Source: Pirellulales bacterium (GTDB lineage Bacteria > Planctomycetota > Planctomycetia > Pirellulales > UBA1268). Taken from it: a stretch of DNA of 64,000 bases. Shown in pieces: positions 1-9,063 of the stretch. The notes beneath the pieces are model-generated. The model was not told the origin of the DNA. It saw only the letters and a list, made by a program, of their open reading frames with translations, and made no database searches. Position numbers and translations under genes: made by a program. Location of the stretch: positions 44,755 through 108,754 of the forward strand of contig JAFMIU010000002.1 of assembly GCA_017853835.1 (NCBI GenBank). The letters are read 5' to 3'. Positions within the stretch are counted from its first letter, which is position 1; each line of letters opens with the position of its first letter.

Positions 1-336
1 CTCCGGCAGCACCAGCAGCTGTTCATCGAGTCGGACGAGCACGTCGTGCTGGCGGAATCCTGCCTCGGCAGCCCACGAGCCCTCATGCACCCCATCCACC
101 ACGAGCCCGGCGCCTCGTTCCAGGCCAAGCTGCTGCCGAAGCACCGTCGAGGCTCGCGAGAGATCGAGGCCGGACCCGGCGGGGGGCGGAGGAGAAGCCG
201 CTGCCATGCCTGCCGGCTCGAGGTGCGAGCGGAGAATGTCGGCTGCGACTCCGATGGTCGCGCCGGCCCCCGAGGTGATGACAGAAAGAATCGCGCCAAC
301 GACCAATCGACGGCTCGACAGCAGGGCTCGGTCCAT
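1..336 (-). CDS. PDZ domain-containing exported protein, N-terminal 112 codons (gene continues past window start)
   Basis: Absent from the ORF track because no stop lies in the window. The reverse complement from the ATG (plus-strand cat 334-336) reads MDRALLSSRRLVVGAILSVITSGAGATIGVAA (signal/anchor-like). It continues ...LGLERGAGLVVDGVHEGSWAAEAGFRQHDVLVRLDEQLLVLPE, a classic PDZ pattern (G-hydrophobic loop, GS.AA.AG, DV.V..). Confidence 0.6.
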   Translation of the reverse strand, partial: MDRALLSSRRLVVGAILSVITSGAGATIGVAADILRSHLEPAGMAAASPPPPAGSGLDLSRASTVLRQQLGLERGAGLVVDGVHEGSWAAEAGFRQHDVLVRLDEQLLVLPE

Positions 337-631
337 GATGGATTCCCGGTCCAAGGAGTGATCCGCGCAGCACATCTCCGCGGCGGACGAGCGGTATGTG
401 ACGATTCAGCCGTCACCACACCAGATCGATCGATGGATGCCCGGAGGATGACTGGGCAAACGACGTCGTCCTGGCAAGCTTTTTCGTGAACTGGGTCGAC
501 TGGGATGGCCACGCAACTGACACGCGATCCAACCGGCAAGGTCTGCTCCTGGTGATCGCGTCCCACCGGCTGGCCGATATGTGCGGAGCGGGAAGCCGCC
601 CGATCTCCGTCATCATCCGAGGACCGTTGCC

Positions 632-1681
632 ATGTCGCGCATCGCCACCACATCGTTCACCAGCCGCGTCCTGATCGTCGCAGGATGCGTGGCGGGAGGC
701 CTGGTGGCCGTGGCGACCGCCGCCGCCCCTCGCCCAGCCCAGCCCGCCGCCGTCAAGGCTCCGGAGCCGAAGAAGCCCGTGCTGGTGCCCGGGACGGGCT
801 CGCTTGTGAAAAACGTGGTCGATGACTTCGAAGATGAGAAGTGGACCTGGAAATACAACCACCCGAAGAGCTCTGAGGAGCAGGACAAGCGGATGCGCGG
901 TCCGCTTGGCAAGAGCACCAACGGCCGCTGGTTTGAGGGACCCAAGCGCGGCACCCCCGACGTCGTGAAGCGAGTCGACCTCCCGGCACCCGGCCTCGAG
1001 GGGAGCGAGCACGGGCTGCTCGTCGCCACGCTGCACGGCGGCATCCCCAACCGTGTCACCTATCAGATGCAGCAGGATGACCTCATCTACAACCTCTCGA
1101 AGTTCACCGGTAGGAGCATGTCGGTGGCCGACAGCCCGAGCTTCACCGTCCGTGTCTACATGCCACCGTTCGAACAGTGGGAAAACCGCAGCGGCCCGAG
1201 CTTTGGATTCCGCACCGGGTGCTTCACCCACGCCATCATCACCGGAGACGACCATCCCGATGAGGGAAAGTTCGGGCTCGAGGAATACTGGCCCGGGATG
1301 TTCATCTGCTTCGAGAGCAGTCACGACGGACGCTACAAGGAAGATGCCGCATACATCCGCGTTCGCAGCGGTCGTCGTGGCGGTGAGATTCGCGGGCCCT
1401 CGATCAAGGAACTCGGCTGGTGGACCCTCGGCCTCTCATTCTCACCCGACGGCATGGTTCACTATTTCGCGAGCCCCGGCGTCGATGAACTGACGATGGA
1501 CGACCACATCACCTCGCAAAACCCGTATGGCTACCGAACAGAACTGGTGAAGACGTTTTTCTTCAACGTCTGCTCCCACGACGACGGCCGCACGTGGAGC
1601 ACCCCGTGGGTGATCGACGACCCGAAGGTCTACTTCGTCAAGCGACCCCAGATGGCCACGTCGAAGGCGACGCGCCGCTGA
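632..1681 (+). CDS. hypothetical signal-anchored/exported protein
   Basis: ORF 581..1681. The ATG at 632 gives MSRIATTSFTSRVLIVAGCVAGGLVAVATAAA, then a Pro/Ala linker and a ~290-aa globular region (WTWKYNHPKSS, GWWTLGLSFSPDGMVHYF). No family recognised by eye. Confidence 0.7.
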   Translation: MSRIATTSFTSRVLIVAGCVAGGLVAVATAAAPRPAQPAAVKAPEPKKPVLVPGTGSLVKNVVDDFEDEKWTWKYNHPKSSEEQDKRMRGPLGKSTNGRWFEGPKRGTPDVVKRVDLPAPGLEGSEHGLLVATLHGGIPNRVTYQMQQDDLIYNLSKFTGRSMSVADSPSFTVRVYMPPFEQWENRSGPSFGFRTGCFTHAIITGDDHPDEGKFGLEEYWPGMFICFESSHDGRYKEDAAYIRVRSGRRGGEIRGPSIKELGWWTLGLSFSPDGMVHYFASPGVDELTMDDHITSQNPYGYRTELVKTFFFNVCSHDDGRTWSTPWVIDDPKVYFVKRPQMATSKATRR

Positions 1682-1682
1682 T

Positions 1683-2612
1683 TCACGGCCGCAGACGCCA
1701 CCACCCGGCCAGCCCGCTGCCGATCACCGAGTGCACAACGCTCGAGATCGCGCAGGGAACGGCGGTGAGCGGCTCGGCTGGAAAATGCCGCTGGGCGAGC
1801 ACGACCCCAAGCCCAGAGTTCTGCATCCCGGTTTCGATCGACACGGTGCGGGCGACCATCCGGTCGTAGCGGAAGCCGCGGGCGAACAGATACCCGACGC
1901 CAAATCCAATGGCGTGAAGCGCAACCACGGCGAACAGCAGCGTGGCTCCGCTCGACGCGATCGCGGCGGCGTTCTGGCCGATGATGCTCGCACAGACCAG
2001 CGCGATGGCCAGCACGCTCACCAGGGGCGCCACGGGCAGGACCGTCGTGGCGAGCCGCGGCATGAGCCGGTTGATCACCACCCCGGCCGCGACAGGCAGC
2101 ACCACCACCTGCAGGGTTGAGATGAAGAGCCCTGACGCATCAACATCGACGATCCGACCGGCCAGGGCCTTGGTGAGCAGCGGGGTGAGAATCACCGCCC
2201 CCAGCGTGGAACAGGTCGTCATCACCACCGAGAGAGCGACATCGGCTCGGGCGATGTAGGTGACCACGTTCGACGCGGTTCCGCCCGGACAACAGGCGAC
2301 GAGGATCAGCCCGACGGCAAAGGGCGGATCAAGGCCGAGGACCGTCGCCACGCTCCATCCCGCGACGGGCATGATGAGAAACTGCGCGACGAACCCCGTG
2401 ATGACAGCCAACGGACGCGTGGTCACACCGCGAAAGTCGTCGACCGACAGGGTGATGCCCATCCCGAGCATGATCACCGCCAGCGCCCATACGATCGCCG
2501 ACCCGCGAAACCATGTAAACCATTCCGGCTGCACGAGCGCCACGCCGCACGCCATGACCACCCAGACGGGAAACGCGTTGGCTGCCAGGTCGAGCAGTCG
2601 CCGGATTCCCAT
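1683..2612 (-). CDS. bile acid:Na+ symporter (BASS/SBF-like) family transporter
   Basis: ORF 1683..2693, with the likely ATG at 2612 (MGIRRLLDLAANAFPVWV). Polytopic membrane protein with family-typical stretches LGMGITLSVDDF, ACCPGGTASNVVTYIARADVALSV and SIETGMQNSGLGVVLA. Confidence 0.85.
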   Translation of the reverse strand: MGIRRLLDLAANAFPVWVVMACGVALVQPEWFTWFRGSAIVWALAVIMLGMGITLSVDDFRGVTTRPLAVITGFVAQFLIMPVAGWSVATVLGLDPPFAVGLILVACCPGGTASNVVTYIARADVALSVVMTTCSTLGAVILTPLLTKALAGRIVDVDASGLFISTLQVVVLPVAAGVVINRLMPRLATTVLPVAPLVSVLAIALVCASIIGQNAAAIASSGATLLFAVVALHAIGFGVGYLFARGFRYDRMVARTVSIETGMQNSGLGVVLAQRHFPAEPLTAVPCAISSVVHSVIGSGLAGWWRLRP

Positions 2613-2616
2613 CACG

Positions 2617-3747
2617 TCACTGACCGACGCGGATGAAGTCACACACCGGCACGAGCGCCTCGGCAAATCCCGAGGACTCACCGCGAACGGCAATCTCGCC
2701 GGCGTTCAACCGCGACACGGTGCACTCGGAAAAGCGACCGGCATCGCCACCTCGTCCTTCCACCCGCACCCGCCAGGCCTTGCCGTCGCGCGTCCACGTT
2801 CCCTCGGCAAACCGTCCCTCCGACGTGAAAAGCCACGAACGCACCAGGCGCGCTTCGGGATCCCAGCCGATGATCTCGGTCACCTCACGGGACACTGCGT
2901 CGTCGGCTGGCAGCAATCCCGGGATTCCCTCCTCGGCCGAAACCTGCCGAGGCTCATCACGATCTTCAGCCACGGCGTGGGACCGAATCAGAAAACCCCG
3001 CCCCGCACTCCAGAAGCAGGTCGTGGTGGCGGCAATGCCAGGACCGAGGTCCTGCCACGTCCCCACGAGCCATTCCAACTGGTCGAGCGGCCGCTCCGTC
3101 GCCTCGAGATCGGCACGGGCCGACTCCCGAACGGTCTCGAGCACCCAACGGCCTTCCTTCCTCACGACAACGGCTGAAAACCGGCTCCCGGCTCGATCGC
3201 CGTCGCCGAAATCCACGGTGGTGGTGCCGTCGACGACGGCCACGTCGTGACGCACGGGATGAATCGCCTCGACCTCGAGTTTCATCGCGGCATCGGGATC
3301 GTCCGCGAAGAGGGCCGAAAAAACCCCTTCCACGGCATCACGCCCCCGCGTCACGTCTCCCGTGACGAGGTCGACATTCTCACCGTCCTCACTCCAATGG
3401 GCCGCCACGGCGGCGACATCGTGACGATTGAAGTCGTCGAGGTAGGTCGCGAGCATGCCGGCGATCTCGGTTTCCGCAGCTGCCGTGGCGATCGGAGCAC
3501 CACCGCCAACGGCCAATCGGCGAGGTTCCCCACGGTGGGCCACGGGACGGGGCGTATCGCGTGAGAAGGCTCGGGGGCCTGCAATCACCACCGGCACCAG
3601 GACAGCCACCGGCGAACGCCCTGCACGAGCGACGAGTTCCGGCTCAACCCTGGCCGAATGGAACCCGCGGTCGTCCCAGCCCGACGAACATCCGACCGCC
3701 GTCGCAACCATCATGGCCGCCACAGAACACCACCATGTTCGCTGCAT
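2617..3747 (-). CDS. lipoprotein with NTF2-like (SnoaL/DUF4440-type) domains
   Basis: ORF 2617..3852. The ATG at 3747 gives MQRTWWCSVAAMMVATAVGCSSG, a lipobox-like A-V-G-C. Two NTF2-fold-like segments follow: YLDDFNRHDVAAVAAHWSEDGENVD...VVVRKEGRWVLETVRE, and LEWLVGTWQD...GTWTRDGKAWRVRVEG. Confidence 0.7.
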   Translation of the reverse strand: MQRTWWCSVAAMMVATAVGCSSGWDDRGFHSARVEPELVARAGRSPVAVLVPVVIAGPRAFSRDTPRPVAHRGEPRRLAVGGGAPIATAAAETEIAGMLATYLDDFNRHDVAAVAAHWSEDGENVDLVTGDVTRGRDAVEGVFSALFADDPDAAMKLEVEAIHPVRHDVAVVDGTTTVDFGDGDRAGSRFSAVVVRKEGRWVLETVRESARADLEATERPLDQLEWLVGTWQDLGPGIAATTTCFWSAGRGFLIRSHAVAEDRDEPRQVSAEEGIPGLLPADDAVSREVTEIIGWDPEARLVRSWLFTSEGRFAEGTWTRDGKAWRVRVEGRGGDAGRFSECTVSRLNAGEIAVRGESSGFAEALVPVCDFIRVGQ

Positions 3748-3861
3748 CACCGCATGCCCTCCCTGCGTCCGAACCCTGTGATCCGCATTCGGCACTCGGG
3801 CGACAAAAGACCATCGTGCCCCTGAGCCGTCAGCGTAGCGTTTTCCCGCCAAATCGGACAG

Positions 3862-5424
3862 TCACTTCGCGTCAGCCGTCGCGCCTGGAAAGTCGTCGGT
3901 GCGAAACGGCGTGAGCGGCAGTCCCGCCGACGAATACATGTTGCACACAGGGTTGTCGGCCCATGCATACCGCACCGCGGCGGGCTCGGCCACGGCGTCG
4001 CTCCACACCTCGATCCGGCCATCGTCACGAATCCGTGCGGAGGCCGGCACAAACCTTCGGTCACTTCCGGCGATGGTGAACCCAATCGGCTCCTTCACGT
4101 CAAACGGCCGCCAGCCACCGCGGCCGCCGGCGACATGGTCGAACGTCAGCACGATCTTCGGCCCCTGCCGTTCCATTCCCGCGTACATCGGACTGCGGCA
4201 CACGATTCCCGGCACGTGATAGGTTTCGGCCAGCGCCCAGCGGGCCAACCGCTTGGCGACATCCTGCTTGTTGGTCGGATGGATGTCCTTGCCTTCGCCG
4301 AGGTTAATGATCACGGCCTCGCCGGTATTGGGAACCGCCTTCATCGTCATGGTCTGCGCCTCGCGGAGTTCCGCCCAGTCGCTCTCGCCAGGCTCTGGCT
4401 TCTCGTCCTTAAAGTCGGCCAGTTGCACCCAGTAGAACGGGAAGTCGCCAAGCCCCCATTCCTCGCGCCACGACGAAATCAGGAAGGGAAACAGCTCGCG
4501 ATACTGATACGCCCGACTCGCGTTCGACTCGCCCTGATACCAGATCACACCCCGCAGGCCGTAGCCGATCGACGGCGTCAGCACCCCGGCATGGATGTTG
4601 CCGGGACGGGCGTTGCCCTTCAGTTTTCCTGCGGGATCATCCGGCTTCTTCGGCTCGGGCTTTCCCTCAGCCTTCGCCGTCTCGGCGGCCTTCTTCCATT
4701 CGGCCATCTTCCGGGCGAACTCGTCGCGGCTCGTCTCCGCGTCCTGCTCGATCTTCACCCAGCGGTCGTGGATCGGCATGAGCCTCGGATGGGCCGCGAT
4801 CTTGTCGCGGCGCACCCATGCCTCGGCGGCACTTCCTCCCCACGCGTTGTCGATCAGCCCGACCGGTACCCCGAGTGTTTCGTGAAGCTGCCGCCCGAAG
4901 AAGTAACCGACCGCCGAGAAGTCGCCGACGGTGGCGGGCGAGCAGACCTGCCAGGCGCCTTTGAAGTTCCACTGCGGCTCCTGCGTGCCCACCTGAGGAA
5001 CCGACACGAATCGAATCCCCGGATGCGTGGCGGCTGCCTTCTCGAGGTCGGCGTCGTTCGCCTGGTTCACCGACCATTGCATGTTGGACTGTCCTGAGCA
5101 AAGCCACACCTCGCCCACGAGTACGTCGTGGAAGACGATGTCGTTCTTCCCCTTCACGGCGAGGGTGTGAGGGCCTCCATACTCGACAACGGGGTCGAGC
5201 TTCACCTCCCACGATCCATCGACGGCGGCAACCGTTTTCTTTGACTGCCCGGCGAAGGCCACCGTGACCTGTTCACCGGGATCGGCCTTCCCCCACACCC
5301 GATTGGCGATGCCCTGCTGAAGCACCATGTGGTCACCGAACATGTTGTTGATCGCAACATCACCACGAACACTCGTCATGGTGACCACAACGACGGCAGC
5401 GAGCATCAGGCAACGGCGTGGCAT
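3862..5424 (-). CDS. sialate O-acetylesterase-like SGNH hydrolase, exported
   Basis: ORF 3862..5652, with the likely ATG at 5424 (MPRRCLMLAAVVVVTMTSVRG signal). Family hallmarks: FGDHMVLQQG..VWGKA.PGE.VTV, GEVWLCSGQSNMQW, IDNAWGGSAAEAW and GVIWYQGESN. Confidence 0.85.
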   Translation of the reverse strand: MPRRCLMLAAVVVVTMTSVRGDVAINNMFGDHMVLQQGIANRVWGKADPGEQVTVAFAGQSKKTVAAVDGSWEVKLDPVVEYGGPHTLAVKGKNDIVFHDVLVGEVWLCSGQSNMQWSVNQANDADLEKAAATHPGIRFVSVPQVGTQEPQWNFKGAWQVCSPATVGDFSAVGYFFGRQLHETLGVPVGLIDNAWGGSAAEAWVRRDKIAAHPRLMPIHDRWVKIEQDAETSRDEFARKMAEWKKAAETAKAEGKPEPKKPDDPAGKLKGNARPGNIHAGVLTPSIGYGLRGVIWYQGESNASRAYQYRELFPFLISSWREEWGLGDFPFYWVQLADFKDEKPEPGESDWAELREAQTMTMKAVPNTGEAVIINLGEGKDIHPTNKQDVAKRLARWALAETYHVPGIVCRSPMYAGMERQGPKIVLTFDHVAGGRGGWRPFDVKEPIGFTIAGSDRRFVPASARIRDDGRIEVWSDAVAEPAAVRYAWADNPVCNMYSSAGLPLTPFRTDDFPGATADAK

Positions 5425-5604
5425 GAATTCTCTCCGAATGGCACGGTGAAGGCACGGACCTGTGAAAACCCCAGCGTGAGCGTAGCGGCCCCCCGCGGCC
5501 ACGCAAAGCCGCCGCATCCCGCCGTGGTTTCTCGCATCGCCGCATCCGCGACGGTATCGTGAGAGCCTACGGCACCGTGAGGCCGGAGCACCGGAGACCA
5601 GGCG

Positions 5605-6903
5605 ATGGCGGACGAACACGGCCACGACGACCACCACCACGACCGCGACCACGACGCGGAGAACGCGACCCAGCAGACGAGCGGTGAGCGATCCGCCGCC
5701 TCGGCGGTGGCGGTTCCGATCATCGCGCTCGGGCTGCTCGCGGCGGCGGTGTGGCTTGGGTCGATGCCCGGCCCGCTGCCTCCGGCGGAAGTCGCCACCA
5801 CCACGCCGGCCGTTCCATCACACTCCGCTGGCGACCCGCTGCCCTCATGGAACGACGGCCCATCCAAAAAGGCGATCCTCGAGTTCGTCACGGCTGTCAC
5901 CGACCCCAACGCCGCAACATTCGTTCCACCAGCCGAGCGGGTGGCTGTGTTCGATCACGACGGGACCCTTGTCTGTGAACAGCCCATCCTCCACGGGCTG
6001 TTTCTCGTGGATCGTGCCAAGGACGTCGTCGAGCGCCGACCCGAACTGGCCCAGGAAGAGCCTTTCGCGACGCTCCTCACGGGAGATCTCGACTTTGTGC
6101 GACGGCTGGGAAAGAAGTTTGTGCTCGATGTCACCTTTGCCGCGATCGCCGGCATGTCGGAGGATGACCTCGAGCAGGCAGCCCGTGACTTCCTTGATCG
6201 GGCGCAGCATCCGGTGTTCGATGCGCCACTGGGCGATGTGGCCTACCAGCCGATGTCGGAACTCCTCGATCTGCTCAAGGCTCGCGGATTCGATGTCTGG
6301 ATCTGTTCGGGAAGCGGCATCCACTTCCTGAGGCCCGTGGCCGAGCGCTGGCATGGCATCCCCCCGGATCACGTGATCGGTTCCCAGCCTCGAACCGAAC
6401 TGAGAGAAACCGCCACGCCGTTGGACGAGGGAAAGGAAGCGTCCCCGCAGCTCGACCTCGTCATCCTGCCCGAGGTCCTGATCCTCAACGATGCCGATCA
6501 AAAGCCCGCGAGCATCAGTGCCGCGATCGGCCGGCGGCCCATTCTGGCCGTTGGCAATGTCGGGACGGCGGGCGACGTCGCAATGCTCACGTGGTCACAA
6601 TCGGACCGGCGCCCAAGCCTGCAACTCCTCCTGGTTCACGATGATGCCGAGCGGGAGATGGCCTATGACGAGCCCTCGCATGCCTCCCTCGACGCCGCCG
6701 CGAAACACGGCTGGCAGGTGGTGCGGATATCCCGTGATTGGAACAAGGTTTTTGCCCGTTCCCTGGCCCGTCGCGGATCCCGGGCGGGCGGGCTGGATGA
6801 GCCAACGCCCCCTTCCGAACCCTCCGAAGCCGTGGCGTCGCCCGCGTTCGACGCACCTCGGCCGGAAGTGTCCGAGACGGGTTCATCCGAATCTGCGGAA
6901 TAA
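5605..6903 (+). CDS. HAD-superfamily hydrolase (phosphatase-like), membrane-anchored, His-rich N-terminus
   Basis: GGAGA lies 8 nt upstream of the ATG at 5605. N-terminus MADEHGHDDHHHDRDHD, then a TM segment (AVAVPIIALGLLAAAVWLG). HAD motif I is VAVFDHDGTLV. A later ILAVGNVGTAGDVAML resembles motif IV. Acidic/Pro-rich C-terminal tail. Confidence 0.8.
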   Translation: MADEHGHDDHHHDRDHDAENATQQTSGERSAASAVAVPIIALGLLAAAVWLGSMPGPLPPAEVATTTPAVPSHSAGDPLPSWNDGPSKKAILEFVTAVTDPNAATFVPPAERVAVFDHDGTLVCEQPILHGLFLVDRAKDVVERRPELAQEEPFATLLTGDLDFVRRLGKKFVLDVTFAAIAGMSEDDLEQAARDFLDRAQHPVFDAPLGDVAYQPMSELLDLLKARGFDVWICSGSGIHFLRPVAERWHGIPPDHVIGSQPRTELRETATPLDEGKEASPQLDLVILPEVLILNDADQKPASISAAIGRRPILAVGNVGTAGDVAMLTWSQSDRRPSLQLLLVHDDAEREMAYDEPSHASLDAAAKHGWQVVRISRDWNKVFARSLARRGSRAGGLDEPTPPSEPSEAVASPAFDAPRPEVSETGSSESAE

Positions 6904-7219
6904 ACCGCTTCCCTGCGAACGCCGTTTTCTGCCGTTTTCAGCCTTCTTTTGGCCTCGAAACGCCCTCTTGGTCGGGGCCACCCTGGCGGGAGTGGAGACC
7001 CCCTAACGCCTAGAATCCGCCCGCGCTCGTCTCGTTCAAAAATACGGGCAACTAACGCTTGAAAGCCGGATAAGTCTACGTAACCTATCTATCTTACCAG
7101 GCGGCCGAGTGGTTCGGTCGTCGGAAGAGATGGGCCTCTTCAAACGACCGACGTTCGGGCGTGTTCGAGACAAGCCTGCTCGTTTTTCACCTGTGTTCCT
7201 TTTTCTTTTGGAGGTTTGC

Positions 7220-8914
7220 GTGATTCGCAAAATTCTGACCTGCCTCCTGCCGGCAGTTGCCGTCGTCGCCCTGTGCTCCAGCACATGGGCTGCCGACTGC
7301 GCCTGCGGCAGTGGCGAAGGCACCGTTGTCAGCAACGGTGCGTGTGGTAACTGTGCCGGTTCGTGCGGCACCAAGACGGTGTACCAGCGGCAGTATGTGA
7401 CCGAGATGAAGACGGTCACCTGCACCGAGTACAAGAATGAAACACGTGAACGGACCTACACGGTCACCAAGCGTGTTCCGCGGACCGAGGAGCGGACTCG
7501 CACCGTCACCGTGTGCGTGCCCGAAACCCGGACCAAGACCGTGAACTACACGGTCAACAAGAACGTCACGGAGACCAAGACGGCCGAATACACCGTCCAG
7601 GTCCCCTACACCGAAGAGGTCGAGCAGACCTACACGGTCATGGTGCCCGTCTCGGAAGAGAAGACCGCCACCTACACGGTGATGGTCCCCTACACCGAGG
7701 AAGTGGAGCAGTCCTACACGGTCATGGTGCCCGTCTCGGAAGAGAAGACCGCCACCTACACGGTGAAGGTCCCCTACACCGAGCAGGTCGAGCAGGCCTA
7801 CACGGTCATGGTGCCCGTCTCGGAAGAGAAGACCGCCACCTACACGGTGATGGTCCCCTACACCGAGGAGAAGACGCAGACCTACACGGTGAAGGTTCCC
7901 TACACCGAGCAGGTCGAGCAGAAGTACATGGTCAACGTCCCCTACACCGAGCAGGTCACCTCGACCCGCAAGGTGCAGAAGCGCGTTGCGGTCCAGGGCA
8001 CCAAGACGGTGCAGGTCCGTGGTGGCCACTGGGAGACGCAGCAGGTCGAGGTCGCCGGCGGCACCGACGCCTGCGGCTGCCCCTGCCCCCCGAAGACCTG
8101 CTGCAAGCGGGTCTGGGTGCCCACGTGTGAGACGAAGGAAGTTCCCGTCACCACCTACGAGTGCGTGACCGAGGAAGTTCCCTGCACCCACACGGTCACC
8201 AAGTGCCGTCAGGAAGAGCGGACCCGCACGGTGTGCGTGCAGAAGTGCCGTGATGAGGAGCGGACCCGCACCTACACGGTGTCGAAGTGCCGTCCCGAAG
8301 AGCGGACCCGCACCTACACCGTCACCAAGTGCGTGCCGGAGCAGCGGACCCGCAAGGTCTGCGTGCAGAAGTGCCGTGACGAGGAGCGGACCCGCACCTA
8401 CACGGTGACGAAGATGGTGAACGAGACCAAGACCCGCAAGGTCGCGGTCACGAAGTGCCGTCCCGAAGAGCGGACCCGCACCTACACCGTCACCAAGTGC
8501 GTGCCGGAGCAGCGGACTCGCAAGGTCAGCGTGCAGAAGTGCAAGACCGAGACTCGCACCCGCGAGTATCAGGTCACCAAGTGCGTGCCGGAAGCGATGA
8601 CGAAGGAAGTTTCCTACACGGTCATGGTTCCGCAGCAGAAGGAAGAGAAGTACACCGTGACGGTGTGCGACTGCGTGCCCGAGACCAAGACGCAGACCTA
8701 CACGGTTCGCGTGCCGGTCCAGGTCACGAAGGAAGTGCCCGTCAAGAAGTGCGTGCGGGTCGCCGTCGAGGTGCCCTGCGGCGGTTGCGGTGAGGCTTCG
8801 GCCTGCGGCAGCTGCGGTGATGCCTCGGCTTGCGGTTGCGAGTCGGGCGACGCCTGCAACTCGTGCGGAAGCCGCCGCCGTGGCTGTGGCTGCCGCCGTG
8901 GCTGTGGCTGCTGA
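7220..8914 (+). CDS. exported YTV-repeat, cysteine-rich repetitive protein
   Basis: ORF 7109..8914. GGAGG lies 6 nt upstream of an in-frame GTG at 7220, giving (M)IRKILTCLLPAVAVVALCSSTWA|ADCACG (signal peptide). The body is built of ~14-aa units with a YTV core (TYTVMVPYTEEVEQ / TYTVMVPVSEEKTA, then KCRPEERTRTYTVT KCVPEQRTRKVCVQ). Both termini are Cys/Gly-rich; the C-terminus is CGGCGEASACGSCGDASACGCESGDACNSCGSRRRGCGCRRGCGC. Confidence 0.85.
   Translation: MIRKILTCLLPAVAVVALCSSTWAADCACGSGEGTVVSNGACGNCAGSCGTKTVYQRQYVTEMKTVTCTEYKNETRERTYTVTKRVPRTEERTRTVTVCVPETRTKTVNYTVNKNVTETKTAEYTVQVPYTEEVEQTYTVMVPVSEEKTATYTVMVPYTEEVEQSYTVMVPVSEEKTATYTVKVPYTEQVEQAYTVMVPVSEEKTATYTVMVPYTEEKTQTYTVKVPYTEQVEQKYMVNVPYTEQVTSTRKVQKRVAVQGTKTVQVRGGHWETQQVEVAGGTDACGCPCPPKTCCKRVWVPTCETKEVPVTTYECVTEEVPCTHTVTKCRQEERTRTVCVQKCRDEERTRTYTVSKCRPEERTRTYTVTKCVPEQRTRKVCVQKCRDEERTRTYTVTKMVNETKTRKVAVTKCRPEERTRTYTVTKCVPEQRTRKVSVQKCKTETRTREYQVTKCVPEAMTKEVSYTVMVPQQKEEKYTVTVCDCVPETKTQTYTVRVPVQVTKEVPVKKCVRVAVEVPCGGCGEASACGSCGDASACGCESGDACNSCGSRRRGCGCRRGCGC
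7589..7962 (+). repeat. coding tandem repeat, 42-nt unit organised as 84-nt higher-order unit (~4.5 copies)
   Basis: The string tacacggtcatggtgcccgtctcggaagagaagaccgccacctacacggtga recurs at 7631, 7715 and 7799 (period 84 nt). It encodes alternating YTVMVPVSEEKTAT / YTVMVPYTEEVEQx units. Confidence 0.9.
8190..8600 (+). repeat. coding tandem repeat, 42-nt Cys-containing unit with 126/168-nt higher-order copies
   Basis: gaagtgccgtcccgaagagcggacccgcacctacaccgtcaccaagtgcgtgccggagcagcggac occurs at 8284 and again at 8452 (offset 168). gcgtgcagaagtgccgtga(t/c)gaggagcggacccgcacctacacggtg occurs at ~8235 and ~8361 (offset 126). Boundaries are approximate. Confidence 0.85.
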
Positions 8915-8954
8915 GCACTGACCGAGACGGGCCCAGCCCGTTTCACGCCGTGCC

Positions 8955-8998
8955 CAAAAAAGGGGGCCGGCCGCTTCGGCGGCCGGCCCCTGTCTTTT
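8955..8998. terminator. bidirectional rho-independent terminator between convergent genes
   Basis: aaaaaag-GGGGCCGGCCGC-ttcg-GCGGCCGGCCCC-tgtctttt. This is a perfect 12-bp GC stem (8963-8974 / 8979-8990) with a 4-nt loop. An A-run lies on the left and a T-rich tract on the right, so it can serve both the YTV gene (+) and the beta-barrel gene (-). Confidence 0.65.
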
Positions 8999-9063
8999 GG
9001 AGGTGCGACGCGCTTCCCTCGCGTCGTCGCCGACGATCCGAAGGAGGCTGAATCACCGTTCAA

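Noticed and set aside
7187-8191. 334-aa minus-strand ORF and other frames inside the YTV gene
   Set aside because: These are generated by the repeat structure (Gly/Leu/Arg/Asp periodic nonsense). The plus-strand frame has the signal peptide, the RBS and the YTV units.
7589-8600. Possible CRISPR array because of regular near-identical repeats
   Set aside because: The repeats are contiguous with no unique spacers, are in frame, and encode the 14-aa YTV units of a long ORF. No cas genes are present in the window.
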